In this document: one piece after another, positions 38,764 through 49,398 of the stretch
Layout: the number at the start of each line of letters is the position of its first letter
Numbering within the stretch: the first letter of the stretch is position 1
Origin: Acidobacteriaceae bacterium
Lineage (GTDB): Bacteria; Acidobacteriota; Terriglobia; Terriglobales; Acidobacteriaceae
NCBI GenBank assembly: GCA_030037545.1
Contig: JASHRF010000105.1
Location: 264 to 64,263 of the forward strand
Length of the DNA stretch: 64,000 nt
Direction of reading: 5' to 3'
The notes under the pieces: model-generated
Database searches by the model: none
Seen by the model: only the letters and a program-made list of their open reading frames with translations
What the model was told of the DNA's origin: nothing
Translations under genes and position numbers: made by a program

Positions 38764-39840
38764 ATGAACTATATCAGTCCAGTACTGTGGCAGTTTCTGC
38801 GCAAGTGGTTGACGCATTTCGCGCTGTTTCCGCCTGAAGCCTCGAAGATGGCGTCGCAGATGGATGCGCTGTTTTTCTTCCTGGTCTTGGTGAGTCTGGT
38901 GGGGCTGACGGTCGTGGTTCTGATCGTGGTAGGATCCTCGATGGCTTACCACCACCGCCGCCATCCGCAGGCCGTGCAGATCGAGGGCTCGACGTTGCTC
39001 GAAGCCACCTGGACCATCATTCCCCTAGGCCTTTTTCTGGTCATGTTCGTGTGGGGCGCGCTGCTCTACTTCCGCGTCTACACGCCGCCCGCAAATGCCA
39101 TGAACATCTACGTAGTCGGCAAACAGTGGATGTGGAAGGCCGAGCATCCCGGCGGGCAGCATGAGATCGACGCCCTGCACGTGCCCATCGGCCGGCCGAT
39201 CCAGTTGACGCTGATCTCGCAGGATGTGTTTCACAGCTTCTCCATACCCGCTTTCCGCGTCAAGCGCGAGGCCATTCCCGGCCGCTACACTTCGGTCTGG
39301 TTCGAAGCCACCCAGGTGGGCACCTACCACCTCTTCTGCACTCAGTACTGCGGCACCAACCACTCGCAAATGATCGGCGAAGTGGTGGTGATGACGCCCG
39401 ACGACTATCAGAAGTGGCTGGCCGGCTCCACCAGCGGCGATTCCCTGGCCCAGGACGGCGAGCGCCTCTTCGCCAGCCTGAGCTGCAATGCCTGCCACAA
39501 TCCCACCGCTGCGGCGCGCGGCCCCAACCTGGTCGGCGTCTACGGATCGCATCTCACATTAACCAGCGGGCAGACCATAACGGTTGACGAGGCGTATCTG
39601 CGCAGCGCGATTCTCGATCCGTCGGAGCACGTCACGCAGGGTTATGCGCCCATCATGCCCACTTACCAGGGCCAGGTCAGCGAGGAAGGCGTGATCGCGC
39701 TGGTGGAATATATCAAGAACCTTAATTCCGATTACCGTATCCAACAGACTTTGAACACCACCGGTTTCTCCCCGAACATCGAGGAGAAACAGGCGCCGGC
39801 TGGGAAAGCCACTGCCGCGCCAGGGGAGGTCAAGCAATGA
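38764..39840 (+). CDS. coxB: Cytochrome c oxidase subunit II with fused cytochrome c domain
   Basis: DVFHSF and [12 protein letters not shown] (CuA); C-terminal CNACH...IMP. Confidence 0.95.
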   Translation: MNYISPVLWQFLRKWLTHFALFPPEASKMASQMDALFFFLVLVSLVGLTVVVLIVVGSSMAYHHRRHPQAVQIEGSTLLEATWTIIPLGLFLVMFVWGALLYFRVYTPPANAMNIYVVGKQWMWKAEHPGGQHEIDALHVPIGRPIQLTLISQDVFHSFSIPAFRVKREAIPGRYTSVWFEATQVGTYHLFCTQYCGTNHSQMIGEVVVMTPDDYQKWLAGSTSGDSLAQDGERLFASLSCNACHNPTAAARGPNLVGVYGSHLTLTSGQTITVDEAYLRSAILDPSEHVTQGYAPIMPTYQGQVSEEGVIALVEYIKNLNSDYRIQQTLNTTGFSPNIEEKQAPAGKATAAPGEVKQ

Positions 39841-41498
39841 GCACCAGCACCCTCGTTACTCTTCCCGATCAATCCACGGCCAAGATCCCCAAGGTGAACT
39901 TTCTGAACCAAGAGAACGGCCTGTTGAGCTGGATCCTAACTCTGGACCACAAGCGCATCGCTATTCTGTATCTCATCACCACGGTCTTCTTTTTCATGAT
40001 CGGAGGCGCCGCCGCGGCCGTCATCCGGCTCGAGCTGTTGACGCCGGCCGGCGACTTGGTAGCAGCAGACACATATAACAAGCTGTTCTCAATTCACGGC
40101 ATCATCATGGTCTTTTTCTTCCTTGTGCCGATTGCGCCTGCCGTGTTGGGGAACTTCCTTATTCCTCTCATGATCGGCGCGCGCGATGTGGCGCTGCCCA
40201 GAGTCAACCTTTTGAGCTGGTATCTATTTGTCATCGGCGGCTGCTTCGAGCTTTACATGATCATCTTCGGGGGCGTCGATACCGGCTGGACATTCACCAC
40301 GCCGCTCAGCACACACTACGTCAACACCCATGTTGTGGGCGCGGCAATGGGCATCTTCATCGCCGGCTTTTCCTCGATTCTGACGGGGATCAACTTCATC
40401 GTCACCATCCATAAGATGCGGGCGCCCGGGATGACCTGGTTTCGCCTGCCGCTGTTCATCTGGTCCTTTTACGCCACCTCCATCATCTTCGTACTCGCCA
40501 CTCCCGTTATCGCGATTGCTATGGTGCTGATTGTGCTCGAAAGGGTCGTGGGAATCGGCGTTTTCGACCCGGCCAGAGGCGGAGATCCAATCCTTTTCCA
40601 GCATCTCTTCTGGTTTTATTCGCACCCCGCGGTGTACGTCATGATCCTGCCCGGCATGGGCGTCATCAGCGAGGTGGTGTCAACCTTCAGCCGCAAGCGC
40701 GTCTTCGGTTACACGGCCGTCGCCTTTTCCTCCGTGGCCATTGCGGTGTTCAGCTTCTTTGTCTGGGCCCATCACATGTTCATCATGGGCATTTCCAACT
40801 ATTCTGCGCTGGTGTTTTCTCTGATGACCATGCTGGTCGCGGTGCCCTCGGCCATCAAGGTGTTCAACTGGTCAGCCACTATGTACAAGGGCTCCATCCA
40901 CTTCGACACGCCCATGATCTATACGCTCGGTTTCCTTGGGCTATTCACCATAGGCGGGTTAACCGGGGTCTTCCTTGCCACGCTGGGCATGGATATTCAT
41001 CTGACCGAAACGTATTTCATCGTGGCTCACTTCCACTACGTCATGGTGGGAGGAATGGTAAGCGCGCTCATGGCCGGCATTCACTTCTGGTGGCCCAAGA
41101 TCACGGGCCGAATGTACCCGGAATCCTTGGGAAGGCTTGCAGCCATCATTCTTTTCATCGGATTCAATCTCACGTTTTTCCCGCAGTTCATCCTGGGGTA
41201 CCTGGGAATGCCGCGGCGCTACTGGTCCTATCCTCCCGAATTCCAGGTGCTCAACGTGTTCTCGAGCGCCGGGGCCACGATTCTTGCCATCGGCTATTTG
41301 CTGCCGTTCCTCTACCTGCCTTGGTCGATCACGTACGGAGAAATCGCCGGCTCCAATCCCTGGAAGGCAACCGGCCTGGAGTGGCAGACCCAGTCGCCGC
41401 CGCTGATGGAAAACTTCCCTGAAATCCCCATTATGGACCACGAAGCTTACGATTACGATTGGCTCGAGCGCCATCAACAAGAGGTAGCCAGTGTCTGA
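39837..41498 (+). CDS. ctaD: Cytochrome c oxidase subunit I, type A2
   Basis: [16 protein letters not shown] (YS motif of the A2 type), WAHHMF, AHFHYV and MPRRY. Confidence 0.96.
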   Translation: MSTSTLVTLPDQSTAKIPKVNFLNQENGLLSWILTLDHKRIAILYLITTVFFFMIGGAAAAVIRLELLTPAGDLVAADTYNKLFSIHGIIMVFFFLVPIAPAVLGNFLIPLMIGARDVALPRVNLLSWYLFVIGGCFELYMIIFGGVDTGWTFTTPLSTHYVNTHVVGAAMGIFIAGFSSILTGINFIVTIHKMRAPGMTWFRLPLFIWSFYATSIIFVLATPVIAIAMVLIVLERVVGIGVFDPARGGDPILFQHLFWFYSHPAVYVMILPGMGVISEVVSTFSRKRVFGYTAVAFSSVAIAVFSFFVWAHHMFIMGISNYSALVFSLMTMLVAVPSAIKVFNWSATMYKGSIHFDTPMIYTLGFLGLFTIGGLTGVFLATLGMDIHLTETYFIVAHFHYVMVGGMVSALMAGIHFWWPKITGRMYPESLGRLAAIILFIGFNLTFFPQFILGYLGMPRRYWSYPPEFQVLNVFSSAGATILAIGYLLPFLYLPWSITYGEIAGSNPWKATGLEWQTQSPPLMENFPEIPIMDHEAYDYDWLERHQQEVASV

Positions 41499-42246
41499 GA
41501 CGGCAAGCACCACGCACGGCGTTCTAGCTGGAGCTCAACACGAGCATCCGCCTTACCAGCGCCATCACTTCTCCTCCGTGGCGCAGCAGTTCGACGCCAG
41601 CAATTTCGCCATGTGGCTCTTCCTGCTCACGGAGATCATGTTTTTCGGAGGGTTGTTCACCTCCTACCTGATCATGCGCAACTGGTACTACCCGGCCTTC
41701 GTGGCAGGCTCGCACCAGCTGAGCATCTTTCTGGGCACCACCATGACGGCGGTGCTTATTATCTCCAGTTTCACCATGGCCATGGCCGTTTGGTGCGCCG
41801 AGACAGGCCGCAAAAGAGACCTGATTCTCTCCCTGAGCCTCACGCTCCTGCTGGGCGTGGTCTTTCTCTGCCTCAAGGGCTTTGAATGGCACGGTGAATG
41901 GGTGGAGTATCACGTCCCCGGCTTGCGCTTTAGCGTGGAGAACTTCGTCAATCCCGCCTCGGATCCGCAAGTTTTTAAGGAGTATCACGATAAACCGCTG
42001 GCCACGGACATGGCGGAGAATGTGGGTCAGTACTTCTTTCTCTATTTCGTCATGACCGGCATGCACGCCCTGCACATGATCATCGGCGTCAGCGTCTTGA
42101 CTTTCATGATCCTGCGCGCCAGGGCCGGAGACTACACGAGTGGACACGTGACGTTTGTCGAAAACTTCGGCTTGTACTGGCACTTCGTCGACATTGTCTG
42201 GATCTTCCTGTTCCCGCTGCTCTACCTGATCAGCCGGCACTCGTGA
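41491..42246 (+). CDS. coxC: Cytochrome c oxidase subunit III
   Basis: [23 protein letters not shown] and [10 protein letters not shown]; GTG start. Confidence 0.93.
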   Translation: MSETASTTHGVLAGAQHEHPPYQRHHFSSVAQQFDASNFAMWLFLLTEIMFFGGLFTSYLIMRNWYYPAFVAGSHQLSIFLGTTMTAVLIISSFTMAMAVWCAETGRKRDLILSLSLTLLLGVVFLCLKGFEWHGEWVEYHVPGLRFSVENFVNPASDPQVFKEYHDKPLATDMAENVGQYFFLYFVMTGMHALHMIIGVSVLTFMILRARAGDYTSGHVTFVENFGLYWHFVDIVWIFLFPLLYLISRHS

Positions 42247-42366
42247 GAAATACAGGGAGCAGGGGAGCAAACAACGAGATCGGAGCGGAAGACCGAGGGT
42301 ACGAAGGGACTCCGTCAACCGGCCACGCTCTTCACCAGCCACGCATCACGGACCGCGAGGTAAGCA

Positions 42367-42696
42367 ATGGAATTGCAATCACCCAGAAGCGACGAAACAC
42401 ACGGCGAACATATCCATGTCGTCAGTCCCAAGGTTTACCTGGCGATCCTCGTTATACTACTGATCTTCACCGCCACTACGGTAGCCGTCTCCTACGTCGA
42501 TCTGGGCGTATTCAACGCCGTCGTGGCCCTGGCCATCGCCTGCATCAAAATGATGCTGGTGGTGCTGTTCTTCATGCACATCAAATACAGCACCAAGCTG
42601 ACCAAGCTCACGGTGGTCTCGGGAGTCTTTATCTTCTTCACCCTCATCTCCTTGACTCTGGCGGACTATATCAGCCGCGCCTGGGGACGGTGGTAG
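42367..42696 (+). CDS. Prokaryotic cytochrome c oxidase subunit IV
   Basis: Three TMs; IACIKMMLVVLFFMHIKY. Confidence 0.88.
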   Translation: MELQSPRSDETHGEHIHVVSPKVYLAILVILLIFTATTVAVSYVDLGVFNAVVALAIACIKMMLVVLFFMHIKYSTKLTKLTVVSGVFIFFTLISLTLADYISRAWGRW

Positions 42697-42932
42697 GGCA
42701 GTTCACAGTTGTTCGCAGTTCTCAGTTGTTGTGCCGAGCCTTGATGATAAAGCTCGTTCCAAAGCTCTTTCCAAACTGGCTCTGGGTCTTCACAATCCGT
42801 AAGAGCAATGGATGGGGTCAAAAGGCATTCCGTAGCCGCCTTTCATCGTCGTCCAGCGGTCGTCGATAAGGCTGAGCATCAGAAAAGGCTAGCATAGAGT
42901 CCAAGGCAAATTTCAGAAGCGGCAGGAGGATG

Positions 42933-43337
42933 CAGGGCAATCGCGCTTGGAAAGGCGCGCCGGTAGTGTTGATTTCAGGTTCATGTACCCCCCGGGGGGG
43001 GGGTACATGGGGTTCTGCCATGAAGCTCCTTGTTTTCTGATGGATAGATGCGTTTTCGGGTGCGATTTACGTGCAGTTTCACGCAAGTAAGCGTAACTTT
43101 CTTGCGCATTTTTGCGCCTGCCGGCACTGGATTCTCGAGCGGCCACGAGTGCCTTGGGAACGTTTCTTCACAGCATAGCGGAAGGGCGAAATTAACCCGC
43201 AACGAGCGGCGAAAATATATTTTCCGCCGAATGAGCGCGATGCGGGCGATGCGGCCTCGGCAAGGGCTTGACAACGGTAAGGCGAAGAAGAGGACTCCTT
43301 CAACAGAATGGCTGGTTTTTGAAGCGCGATCGCCCTG
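42933..43337. mobile_element. 405-bp MITE-like element with 16-bp terminal inverted repeats and an internal palindrome
   Basis: CAGGGCAATCGCGCTT ... AAGCGCGATCGCCCTG (15/16); internal catgtacccccc-gggg-ggggggtacatg at 42982-43009; second right end at 1-35. Confidence 0.65.
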
Positions 43338-43580
43338 CCGTAATCCTGGTGGCCGAAGCCGAAAGGGCGGTGATGGTGGGAGTTTCTTACACCTTAACCT
43401 TGGCCGTATCCTGGACAGGAATCTGCTCACTGGTGCCGCTGAGCGCGCCAGCTCCACCTTTGCCGGTGTTTTTCGGCAACGTCAAGGACCCACAGCAGCT
43501 ATCCGAAGCGTGCCACCACATTGCGGCGGGTCAGATCTCCTGAAGGAGAAGCGCTGCTCCCGCGCCAGCCAAGCCTCCGC

Positions 43581-44705
43581 TCAGCGCTTGCCGGCTGCGG
43601 TCTCGACCCGAATCACCGCAGCAAACGCCGGCTTAGGCGCGCCCTGGCGATTGAAGAGCAGAGGGTAATTGGTGCGGCCGCGAACGGGAAAGTTGTTGCG
43701 CCAGGAGTCACCGTCGGTTACACCCCATAATGTGACCCGCGTGACCTGGCCGCGATGCTTCAGAAACACGCGGAAAAGATCGGCGTAGCGTGCGGCCTGT
43801 TGCTGCTCAATCGAGCTGGGCAGACCGTTGACGTAGGGATCGAGCCGGGGATCCCGCAAGATGCTCTGCGACAGCTCGGCCGTGGGTCTCGGTCCGGATG
43901 AAGGCAGCACGTCGATGTCGAGCTCGGAGACCACCACCTTCACTCCCAGGGCAGCAAACGCGGAGATGGTGGCATCCTCCTGCTCCGCGCTCGGCCAGTC
44001 AAGGGTGTCGTGGTTCTGCAAGCCGACCGAGGTAATGGGCACGCCCTCGGCCTGGAGCTTCTTGATCAGCGCAATGGCGCCGCTGCGCTTGGGCTCGTTC
44101 TCCAGGCTGTAATCGTTGTAGGTGAGCTGCGCCCGCGGATCGGCCTCGTGCGCGTATTCGAACGCTTTTTCGATGTAGTCAGGCCCGATGATCTTGTACC
44201 ACAGCGACTGGCGCAGGGTGCCGTCGTCGTTGAGCGCCTCGTTGACCACGTCCCAGCTCTGGATTCTGCCTTTGTAACGGCCGACCACGGCTTGAATGTG
44301 ATCGCGCATCCGTTCCAGCAGGGCGTCGCGGGTGAGCAGGTTGCTCTTATCGTCGTGAAACACCCACGCCGGCACCTGGTTATGCCACACCAGGGTGTGT
44401 CCCACAATGAACATGTGGTGCTTTTGGCCGAATTCCACGTAATCGTCGGCCAGGCGGAAATCGTAAATTCCCGGCTCGGGATGCACGCTCTCCCACTTGA
44501 GCGCATCCTCCGGGGAGATGGAGTTGAACTGCGCTTCGATCAGCGGGTCGCCGCGCGTGTCATCCCCGGAAATCTGCCTGGCGTCGATTGCCGTGCCGAT
44601 CAGAAAGTCGCCGTTGTAAGCCGCTCTCAATGTCGTTGGCGCTTTTGCCGTGGCCACCAGGCCGGCCAGCATCAGCGCCGCTACCGCTGCGGTTCGCATT
44701 CTCAT
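43581..44705 (-). CDS. GH10 endo-1,4-beta-xylanase
   Basis: Signal peptide; GHTLVWHNQ, WDVVNE, YNDY, SELDI and WGVTD. Confidence 0.93.
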   Translation of the reverse strand: MRMRTAAVAALMLAGLVATAKAPTTLRAAYNGDFLIGTAIDARQISGDDTRGDPLIEAQFNSISPEDALKWESVHPEPGIYDFRLADDYVEFGQKHHMFIVGHTLVWHNQVPAWVFHDDKSNLLTRDALLERMRDHIQAVVGRYKGRIQSWDVVNEALNDDGTLRQSLWYKIIGPDYIEKAFEYAHEADPRAQLTYNDYSLENEPKRSGAIALIKKLQAEGVPITSVGLQNHDTLDWPSAEQEDATISAFAALGVKVVVSELDIDVLPSSGPRPTAELSQSILRDPRLDPYVNGLPSSIEQQQAARYADLFRVFLKHRGQVTRVTLWGVTDGDSWRNNFPVRGRTNYPLLFNRQGAPKPAFAAVIRVETAAGKR

Positions 44706-44718
44706 CACGACAACTCCC

Positions 44719-46083
44719 TCAGGACCCCGATTGAGGCGCAAATACCTTGCGCCGCTCAGCCAGCTCGTTGGCAATCTTCCGGTTCATTTCGCGAGTAATG
44801 GGATAGAAGAAGAAGCACGCTGCGGAGGCGAAAAAGGCCAGGCCGGCGTAGACGCTCGCAGTCAGCAGAATGCCGCTTTGCGCGTGCGCCGTCTGCACGG
44901 CAGCCTCGGAGATAAATCCGTATAAGGAGAAGAGCCATCCGGCGATGGCGCCGCCCAGGGCGAGACCCACCCAGAGAGCGAACACCACCGCAGCCGTGAC
45001 CGTTCCGCTGGCGCGGCGGCCGGTTTTCCATTCGCCGTAATCGGCCACGTCGCCCATCATCGCCCAGATGAGCGGCCCCGACAACCCGAAGGAGAATTGG
45101 CGAAGCACTTCCGTTCCGATGATCGCCATTGTGGCGCTGGGACGAAGGAAAAGCAGCACCACATTGAAGACCGCGGCTAAAAGCATGCTGGCGATGAAGA
45201 GCGGACGCTTGCCCATGCGCACTGAGGCGGCGGTGGAACAGGCTACGCCCAGGAGCAGGGCGGCAAGGCCGAATCCGTTGAACCAGGAAAAAAGGTCGAC
45301 GTTTCCGGCAACGAATCGGAAGTAGGGCAGCATCACGTTGCCGCGTATCACGATGGCGGCAAAATAAAACAGGGTGGCCAGGAATAGCACGATCCACGGC
45401 CGGTTGGCGAAAAGATCCGAGAGATCTTGACGGAGTGCGGTCTTCTGCCGCGGATCGGGCTGGATGCGTTCTTTGGTCGCCAAGAAAGCGATGATGAAAA
45501 AGACGACGCTCAGCGCTGAAAGCAGGCCCATGGTGAGCTGATAACCGCGCGCGTCATTTCCGTGCCCGAAGAGATGGACCATTGGAATCGCCAGGCTGGC
45601 AACGATAAAGCCGGCGGAGTTGGCCGCGATTTGCCGGTAGGAGGAGATGCTGGTCCGCTCGTCGGGGTCCAGGGTCATGACCGCGTTCAGCGACGCATAG
45701 GGAACATTGTTAATCGTATAAACGACCCTGAGCAGGATGTAAGTGATCCAGGCATAGGCGATTTTGGCGCCGGGGCTGATATTCGGGGTAGTGAAAGTCA
45801 GCACGCCGATGATGCCGAAGGGGATGGCGCTCCACAGCAGCCACGGCCTGAACTTGCCCCAGCGTGTGCTGGTGCGGTCTGCGATGACGCCCATTACCGG
45901 ATTGAGAAAGGCAACACCCAGGCCCACAACCAGGAAGAGCGTTCCCGCCTGCGCAGCGGTGAGGCCGAAGGTGTGGGTGTAAAAATCCAGTTGCAGCGCC
46001 AGCATGGCCTGAAAGATAAAATTGGCGGCCATGTCGCCGAGGGAGTAGCCGAATTTCTCTCGAAACGAAAGTCTCTCTGTCAT
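44719..46083 (-). CDS. Glycoside-pentoside-hexuronide (GPH) MFS symporter
   Basis: [28 protein letters not shown] and [11 protein letters not shown]. Confidence 0.93.
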   Translation of the reverse strand: MTERLSFREKFGYSLGDMAANFIFQAMLALQLDFYTHTFGLTAAQAGTLFLVVGLGVAFLNPVMGVIADRTSTRWGKFRPWLLWSAIPFGIIGVLTFTTPNISPGAKIAYAWITYILLRVVYTINNVPYASLNAVMTLDPDERTSISSYRQIAANSAGFIVASLAIPMVHLFGHGNDARGYQLTMGLLSALSVVFFIIAFLATKERIQPDPRQKTALRQDLSDLFANRPWIVLFLATLFYFAAIVIRGNVMLPYFRFVAGNVDLFSWFNGFGLAALLLGVACSTAASVRMGKRPLFIASMLLAAVFNVVLLFLRPSATMAIIGTEVLRQFSFGLSGPLIWAMMGDVADYGEWKTGRRASGTVTAAVVFALWVGLALGGAIAGWLFSLYGFISEAAVQTAHAQSGILLTASVYAGLAFFASAACFFFYPITREMNRKIANELAERRKVFAPQSGS

Positions 46084-46103
46084 GGTGTTCCAATCTTGCG
46101 GCG

Positions 46104-48428
46104 CTACTCGGTTACCTGCAACCTCAGCTTCGCCAAATCCACATCACGCGACGAACTGCCGACCATCAGTTCAAACTCGCCCGGCTCGACCACGTACTTC
46201 ATATTCACGTCGTAGAACTTCAACAGGTCGGGCGTAATGTCGAACGAAACGGTCGAGGTTCCGCCCGGCTGCAATCGAACTTTTCTGAAGCCCTTCAGCT
46301 CCTTCACCGGCCGCGTAACCGAACTGACCAGGTCGCGGATGTAGAGCTGTACGACCTCGGATCCGTCGCGTTTGCCGGTGTTGGTCACGTCCACCAGCAG
46401 GCGAGTTGAGCCGTCGCGCTTGATTTTCTTCCTGGTCAGGCGCGCATTCGCAATCGAAAAAGCCGTGTAGCTGAGCCCGTATCCGAAGGCGTACAGTGGC
46501 GATACATCGTCGAAGAGATAGCCGCGGCGCGCCGATGGCTTGTAGTTGTAAAACGCCGGCAGATGCCCCGCCGAGCGCGGAATGGTGATGGGCAGCTTGC
46601 CGCCGGGGTTGAAGTCACCGAAGAGAACATCGGCCACGGCGCGCCCGGTCTCCTGGCCCAGGTACCAGCACTCGTAGATGACCGGAACCGTCTGCGCGAG
46701 CAGATTAATGGAGAGCGGCCGGCCGTTGAAGAGAAACGCGATCACCGGCTTGCCCAGTGCCGTCATCGCCTTCACCAGTTCCTCCTGGCGTCCGATCAGG
46801 TCGAGGCTGGTGCGGTCACCCATGTGGTTGAGCCCCCATGCCTCGCGCGAGGTTTGCTCGTTGCCGCCGATGGCGAGCACAATCACGTCAGCATGGCGCG
46901 CGACTTCCACGGCTTCGGCAATCTGTTTGCGGTCTTGCTCAGGATCGCTGGGCACCACCTCGTCCTGGTTCCAGTTTCCGCCGATCGTGATCTTGCAGCC
47001 TTCGCTCGAGAGCACCTTGATTTTCTTGCCCACCTTCTCGCGGATACCCTGGAGCACAGTGATCTCGCGCCTGGGCCGGCCACTGTAGCCACCCAGCAGG
47101 GTGCGATCGGCATTGGGCCCAATCACCGCGAGGGTCTTGATCTTGCTGAGGTCGAGTGGCGCAATTCCGTTTTCGTTTTTGAGGAGCGTGATGGCTTCGT
47201 GGGCCGCGGTCAGCGCCAGCTCGCGATGCTCGTCGCAACCCACCACCCGCTCCGCTTCGTTCGGATCGACGTAGGGGTCATCGAACAGCCCCATTTCAAA
47301 CTTCCAGAACAGCATGGGCGCTACAAGTTCCTCAAGCTCCGATTCCCTGAGCACGCCCTTGCGCACCAGCGCAACGAGATGCAGGTAGCAATCCGGATCG
47401 GGCAGCTCGATGTTGACACCCGCCTTCACTGCCAGCGCGCACGATTCCTTCTTGTCCTTGGCCACGTTGTGGCCGTGCGTGTCAGGCCGGTAGCCCAACT
47501 CCCAGATGGCGAAATAATCGGAGACGATAAAGCCCTTGAAGCCCCACTCCTTGCGCAGCACATCACGCAGCAGCCAGCGGTTGGCATGCGAGGGAATTCC
47601 GTCGACCTCGTTATACGAGGCCATGATGCTGATGGCGCCCGACTCACGCAGCGCTTCGCGGAAGGTGTACAGGAACGTCTCGCGCAGCACGCGCAGCGAT
47701 ACGTTGGCCGGCGCGCAATTCATGCCCGACTCCGGCTGTCCGTGACCCACGAAATGCTTGAGCGTGGCAATCACGTGGCGCTTATCGCGAAAGCCGGCGT
47801 CGCCCTGGAATCCGCGCACCGCGGCGATGCCCAGCCGCGAAACCAGAAAGGGATCTTCGCCGTAGGTCTCTTCCACGCGGCCCCAGCGCGGCTCCCGCGC
47901 CACGTCGACCACGGGCGTCAGCGCCTGGTGGGTACCGCGCAGCCGCGCCTCGGCTGCCGTCATGGCAAAGAGCTTTTCCACCAACTCGGGATCGAACGTG
48001 GCGCCCAGCGCAATAGGTTGCGGAAAGCTGGTGCCATCAACCGCCGCGTGGCCGTGCAGGCACTCTTCGTGAAACATCACGGGAATCCCCAAGCGGCTGT
48101 TCTCCAAAAAAAACTTCTGGATGGCGTTCGTCAGAACCGCCATATCGCGGGCGTTTTTGCCTTTGCCGGCGTCGCTGGGCCTGCCTACCTGTCCCAGCCC
48201 GCGGCGGCCGCGAAAAGCGTTCTTCGCCTTGCGTTCGTCGAAGTTGCCGTCGGCGTCCACCAGTGTCTCGGGCTTTTTCTGCCAGATGCACATCATTTGC
48301 GCCGCTTTTTCCTCGAGTGTCATCCGCGCCAGCAAATCCTTCACCCGTCGCGCCGAGGGCAGGGCTGGGTTCTTGTAGGCGGGCAGTGAATTGCTTGCTT
48401 TCTTTCCTCGTGCCACCTTCGTTTTCAT
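46104..48428 (-). CDS. GH3 beta-xylosidase/glucosidase, no signal peptide
   Basis: [31 protein letters not shown] nucleophile, FGYGLSYT, Fn3 VVQLY. Confidence 0.94.
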   Translation of the reverse strand: MKTKVARGKKASNSLPAYKNPALPSARRVKDLLARMTLEEKAAQMMCIWQKKPETLVDADGNFDERKAKNAFRGRRGLGQVGRPSDAGKGKNARDMAVLTNAIQKFFLENSRLGIPVMFHEECLHGHAAVDGTSFPQPIALGATFDPELVEKLFAMTAAEARLRGTHQALTPVVDVAREPRWGRVEETYGEDPFLVSRLGIAAVRGFQGDAGFRDKRHVIATLKHFVGHGQPESGMNCAPANVSLRVLRETFLYTFREALRESGAISIMASYNEVDGIPSHANRWLLRDVLRKEWGFKGFIVSDYFAIWELGYRPDTHGHNVAKDKKESCALAVKAGVNIELPDPDCYLHLVALVRKGVLRESELEELVAPMLFWKFEMGLFDDPYVDPNEAERVVGCDEHRELALTAAHEAITLLKNENGIAPLDLSKIKTLAVIGPNADRTLLGGYSGRPRREITVLQGIREKVGKKIKVLSSEGCKITIGGNWNQDEVVPSDPEQDRKQIAEAVEVARHADVIVLAIGGNEQTSREAWGLNHMGDRTSLDLIGRQEELVKAMTALGKPVIAFLFNGRPLSINLLAQTVPVIYECWYLGQETGRAVADVLFGDFNPGGKLPITIPRSAGHLPAFYNYKPSARRGYLFDDVSPLYAFGYGLSYTAFSIANARLTRKKIKRDGSTRLLVDVTNTGKRDGSEVVQLYIRDLVSSVTRPVKELKGFRKVRLQPGGTSTVSFDITPDLLKFYDVNMKYVVEPGEFELMVGSSSRDVDLAKLRLQVTE

Positions 48429-48506
48429 CCATTCATTCCTGTTTGAGCTTAGAAGCTGTTTGATAACCTCTATGGACTGCCTAAAATCGTTCCCTCAGGG
48501 GCTAAG

Positions 48507-48711
48507 GTGTCTGTGTGAGAACTCGATTTGCAATCTCCCGTCATGCTGCATGGTTCCGTCGCCCCTCCGGGGCTTGAGAAACTTTTTGCGCCATTTCCCA
48601 GGATTGCGTCCGCCTGACGGCGGACTCCATCCTGGGCTAGCTTCCCAGCATCCCTCCGGGATGCTTCTCTTCAGCGGCGATCGCCGACTTTCCCGGTTCG
48701 CGCGCAGGCAG
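48507..48711. mobile_element. 205-bp MITE, family A (TIR GTGTCTG(C/T)GTGAGAAC)
   Basis: Near-identical to 52847-53208 minus its insert; flanked by TAAG/TAAA inside ggggctaaagccc. Confidence 0.8.
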
Positions 48712-48753
48712 TAAAGCCCGCGTTCAATTTGCGCGTTTGCGGCCCGGACTGAA

Positions 48754-48911
48754 CAGCTTGCTGAAAAACTGTCTGCACGGATGAAACCTGTGAAAACCAT
48801 CCCGCGTGGCTAAAGCCGCATTGATTTTGCGGACGTTGTCGGCACGAGTAAACTCGTGCCCTTTCAAAACGGAGCGCATAAGCCTTTGTGCCGGTGTTTT
48901 TCAGCAGACTG
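48754..48911. mobile_element. 158-bp MITE, family B (TIR CAGnnTGCTGAAAAAC, TGAA duplication)
   Basis: tgaa-cagcttgctgaaaaac...gtttttcagcagactg-tgaa; contains its own gctaaagcc/ggcacgag-taaa-ctcgtgcc REP. Confidence 0.78.
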
Positions 48912-49130
48912 TGAAACTATGCCCTTTCAAAACAGGTTATGAAACAGCTTCCAGCGCTTCCCCATCGGTCCCGGAGCCAGAATCGGTCAATTGTCCAAGC
49001 CGCGTGTCGAAACCGCGTGCCCAACCCGCATGGCTCTAACGCAGTCTTCTCTACAGCTCAGAGAGCAACCCCGGGACTGATGCACGATACTGCCGACCAG
49101 TGTAGTCGCGGAAGCGGGCGCTGACAAGAA

Positions 49131-49144
49131 GCAAAGCGATTTTC
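49131..49144. promoter_or_regulatory. Possible LacI-type operator between the divergent GH3 operon and the OPT gene
   Basis: Imperfect palindrome gcaaagcgattttc with a central AANCGNTT. Confidence 0.25.
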
Positions 49145-49398
49145 TTCAATAGAAGGGCCTGAATGAGAGGATGCGCGCGGATGCGACGCGCCGCCGCGGG
49201 GAACGCTTCCGGGCGCAGCTATCGGCGTCAGCTCCCGGAGCGGTAGAATTCCTGTGCCATCCGAAATCGACCTCGGGCCGGGTTGGGCTCGGTCACGCTT
49301 CAGTTTGGGGTGCGATCAGATCGTGTGGGCAGCTCGATCAATCCCTTTTTCTGCCGCGGCGCGCGGATGAGCTTCCGGCGAAGCGAGGCGAAGTTCGC

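Larger units (their letters stand above)
48452..48951. mobile_element. Outer MITE (17-bp TIR) carrying a REP that is interrupted by two further MITEs
   Basis: gaagctgtttgataacc / ggttatgaaacagcttc (16/17 inverted match). Confidence 0.75.
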
